DNA of 64,000 nucleotides from Takakia lepidozioides (Eukaryota > Plantae > Bryophyta): contig CM060734.1 of the NCBI GenBank assembly GCA_030704615.1, forward strand, positions 53,754,001 through 53,818,000. Reading direction: 5' to 3'. A model generated the notes under the pieces. It saw only the letters and a list, made by a program, of their open reading frames with translations. It ran no database searches and was not told the origin of the DNA. Both the position numbers and the translations under genes were made by a program. Positions within the stretch are counted from its first letter, which is position 1. Each line of letters opens with the position of its first letter. This document shows positions 61,042 to 64,000 of the stretch, piece after piece.

Positions 61042-61661
61042 CTAACTTTGAGAATCCACGTATTGATCGACATCAGACTTGAGGGCGCTCAGCTGACCTT
61101 CCGACGCAACTTTGATCTTGTCATCACTGATAGTTATCAGAACTTTGGCCTGGAATGCATTTGCATATGCATTTGGGTTGCAAAAAACCTCAAAGAAAAC
61201 ACCATCATCTCCTGTCTGCCGGTACTCCATTGTGTCCCATCTCCGTGGCCTCGTGCCCTTCTCCTTCTCTTTAAATGTCGTCAGGAGGCCGACGATGGCA
61301 GAGCTTAGACCCTTGGCTGCGTCTACCGAGAATGGCAGAGTGAGCGACGTCTCCCCAATGTGGAAGGTGATGGGGGCTTTCGCTGCGAGAATCAAACAGA
61401 TTCTTCCGATCAAAAGTGCGGAAGGCCGAACACAATCCAATCCTACGACCAACTAAGAAAAACACAACTACTTTACAGTCCACCGAAAACTTTGGATCGG
61501 CTCCACTGTCCCGGGTCCTCACTTCCCCGCTCACTAGTCTCTAGAAATAAAGAGAATCTGTCATATTCAACACGATTGGTCATGGCAAGCCATTCAGCAC
61601 CGCATGACACAATCTGACTGCGGTGCCTCTGCGTCCGCATGATCTTTTATCACTCTCTTAT

Positions 61662-61710
<49 letters not shown>

Positions 61711-61884
61711 TGAGAGAGTGAGAGAGGGAGAGAAAGGGAGAGAGAGCTGACCTTGAACCTGCAAAGAGCATTGGATCGGGGTGCAAGTGAGCGCCCTTCT
61801 TCGGAGACATGCTGGCTGTGGGTTTGTGCCATACCCAAGCGAGAAGAGAGGTGGTTTCAAAGAGAGGGAGAGGGCAGACGCCAT
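61042..61884 (-). CDS. Small plastid-targeted protein of cyanobacterial type, unknown function; exons 61884-61752 and 61382-61042
   Basis: Ser/Ala/Arg-rich transit-like exon MASALSLSLKPP... joins in frame (G|CG) to ...MEYRQTG..VFFEVFCNPNAYANAFQAKVLITISDDKIKV..E..LS.LK.DVDQY, a motif I recognise from conserved cyanobacterial/algal hypothetical proteins. Confidence 0.75.
61660..61746. repeat. (GT)n(GA)n compound microsatellite in the intron
   Basis: Direct reading of the sequence. Confidence 0.9.
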
Positions 61885-62407
61885 GGCACTTGCAGCATGC
61901 GAGTGAAGAGAGAAGCCATCGCTCCATGCTCCTCCGTCTCTCCCGCACCATGGGAACTCTGCGAACATCTCGGTCTGGATTGCGTTCCCCTGTGCGTGGC
62001 GAACATTGTCGTTATATTAATTGTCAGTTCTGAGATGTAAGTAGCGCAGTCAATGAGCGTAGCTTTCTTCGATTGAGTTCAGTAATATGGGGCTGGTCTT
62101 CCAGCACAGCATGGGAGGCAGGTTCTCGAATGAAATAAGTTTACTCTAGGCTATCAACTACAGCACATGTATACACATTGCTGATGTGGGTGTCCAAAGC
62201 TCGTATCACTCTCTCTGGAATAAAATTTATTACAACATTCAGAGAAAAAAAAATCCTGTAAATTCTGGGCTCAATTGGAGAACTGGGAGGCTGGAAAGTA
62301 GCATCATATCTATAGGCGATTGAATGTTATTGTTTTCTCTCTCTCTACCCTTTACTAACTGCTCCTTCCACCTGCGAAATATCATCCCAAATTTACAAAA
62401 GAGAAAC

Positions 62408-64000
62408 TGTTGAGAGAAGCTCAAGTGGTTGGTCCCACGGTGGTTGTTAGGAATCGTGAAGGAGAAATGAGATGTCCGAAGTCTGCTTCATTAAACCCAA
62501 AGCAAGCATAACATACTAGTCCTAAGTATCAGAGAGCTAGAGAGCGGGGAAGCACAACTCTTTTCATGATTAACTAGTGGCTACTGGCGGAGTGGTCTGG
62601 ACACTAAATTAGCCTACTTCACATATTGAGCGGAGCCATTGATCTGATCTGTTCTTCGACCGTTACATATCTAGACGTCGATCTTCTTTGACTAAAATAC
62701 TTAACACCTCCCCTCGAACTTGGAAGCTATTCATCTTTCCAAGAGAGTATAAAAAAATGTTGTTCTAGTTTAGACTACATGCTCTGATTATTGGCAGAAT
62801 TCGAGTAGTCAATTGTGTGTACCAAACCTAGTTTGTCTCTTAGTTTCTCGAACACAGTACGACCCAAGGGTTTGGTCAAGATGTCTGATCAGAAGATGGA
62901 ACATGATTCATTTCTAGTTCACCATCTGCAACTTTTTCTCTGACAAAATGATATCTGATCGCAATATGTTTGGCTCTGTCATGAAGAACTGGGTTTTCAG
63001 ATAGTTCAATTGCATTTTGATTGTCGACCATGATTTTCGTTGGTTCTTGTTCGTCGATTGCTTGAATTTCTCCAAACAATCTCCTCAGCCACAGAGCCTC
63101 TTTGCTTCCACTCGTCATGGCCATATATTCGGCTTCTGTGGATGAAAGAGCTGTGCATGGCTGCTTTTTGCTACCCCATGTGATTGGAAATGTCTGGTCG
63201 GGTTTATGTCAGGAAATTCAATTTCCCTATCATTCGTTGGTACATTTGTGCATCGACTGTGGAAGCCCCCATGTCTGGCATGAGCTTAAGTCCTTGTAGC
63301 ATAGGTACAGCTGCAGCATTGTAATTCAAACCCAAATTCTTTCAATATTTGTGCTGCGTATCCTCTTTGCGTGACAGTAATACCCTCTAACCGAAAAAAA
63401 TACTCCAGCCCTAATGAGTGACTCAGCAAACCCAAATCTATCATCTCAAATCTCTTCTGAATTTCTGTTCTAATCCACTGGAGCTTAGTAGTGTGGTTAC
63501 CGGTGAGATAAACATCATCGACATAAAGAATTAAAATAACCACCTTGTCACCTTCACGAAAATAATATAGGTTGCCATCAGCAATGTCTTTCTTCAATCC
63601 TTGTTTTTGCAAGTATTCATCAATCTTACTATACCACGCACGAGGTGCTTGGCGCATTCCGTACAATGCTTTGCGTAATCTACATACTTTGCCCTCTTTA
63701 CCTTTTTCTTCAAACCCTTCTGGTTGTTGCACAAAAACTTCCTCAGAGAGTTCGCCATTTAGAAAGGCAGTCTTCACGTCAAGATGGTAGATCAACCATC
63801 CATTGTGACCAGCCAGTGCAGTGATGGCACGCAAAGTTTTATATATTTGGCAACCGGGGCATAGGTTTCCTCAAAGTCCTCCCCTTCGCGCTGTTGAAAT
63901 CCATGAGCAACCAAGTGCGCTTTCAGTTTTTGATGTGGTGCCATCCGTATGGGTTTTCAACTTGTAAATCCATTTAGTTGTGATTGGTTTTCGACCAGGG
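62408..64000 (-). mobile_element. Ty1/copia retrotransposon 3' part (RT, RNase H, PPT, 3' LTR 62408-62706), degraded, runs off the window
   Basis: HLDVKTAFLNG, LRKALYGMRQAPRAWY, LYVDDV, SSTEAEY, HDRAKHIAIRYHFVRE. PPT gaggggagg precedes an LTR with TGTT(A/G)AG inverted ends. Confidence 0.92.

Overview
This is eukaryotic nuclear DNA from a seed-free land plant, probably a bryophyte. That is inferred from the bryophyte-type 5S sequence, a Tcn1-like chromovirus, RTE-X-like LINEs and a cyanobacterial-type plastid gene. Host genes: a METTL21-like methyltransferase (209-3680, +, with a U12 AT-AC intron and a GC-AG intron), a CYP78A P450, a PPR-CBS gene (-), a DCAF8-like WD40 gene (+, one frameshift), a TFIIH p44 pseudogene (-) and a small plastid-targeted protein (-). 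Transposon debris is dense: tandem Helitrons, PIF/Harbinger, hAT-like ends, a CACTA TnpA carrying an FCP1/HAD domain, about 11 copies of a (TC)n-associated RTE-X-like LINE, a tRNA-like SINE, a Ty3 chromovirus split by an inversion, and a Copia. Two items stand out. (1) An intron-containing Fanzor (eukaryotic TnpB-type RNA-guided nuclease) gene at 54498-56438. It retains all three RuvC motifs, has one nonsense codon, and is followed by a structured putative omegaRNA at 56439-56532. (2) A 5S rRNA head fused to the 3' tail of the local LINE at 24409-24604, a candidate plant SINE3. All family assignments come from motif recognition by eye; no database searches were run.
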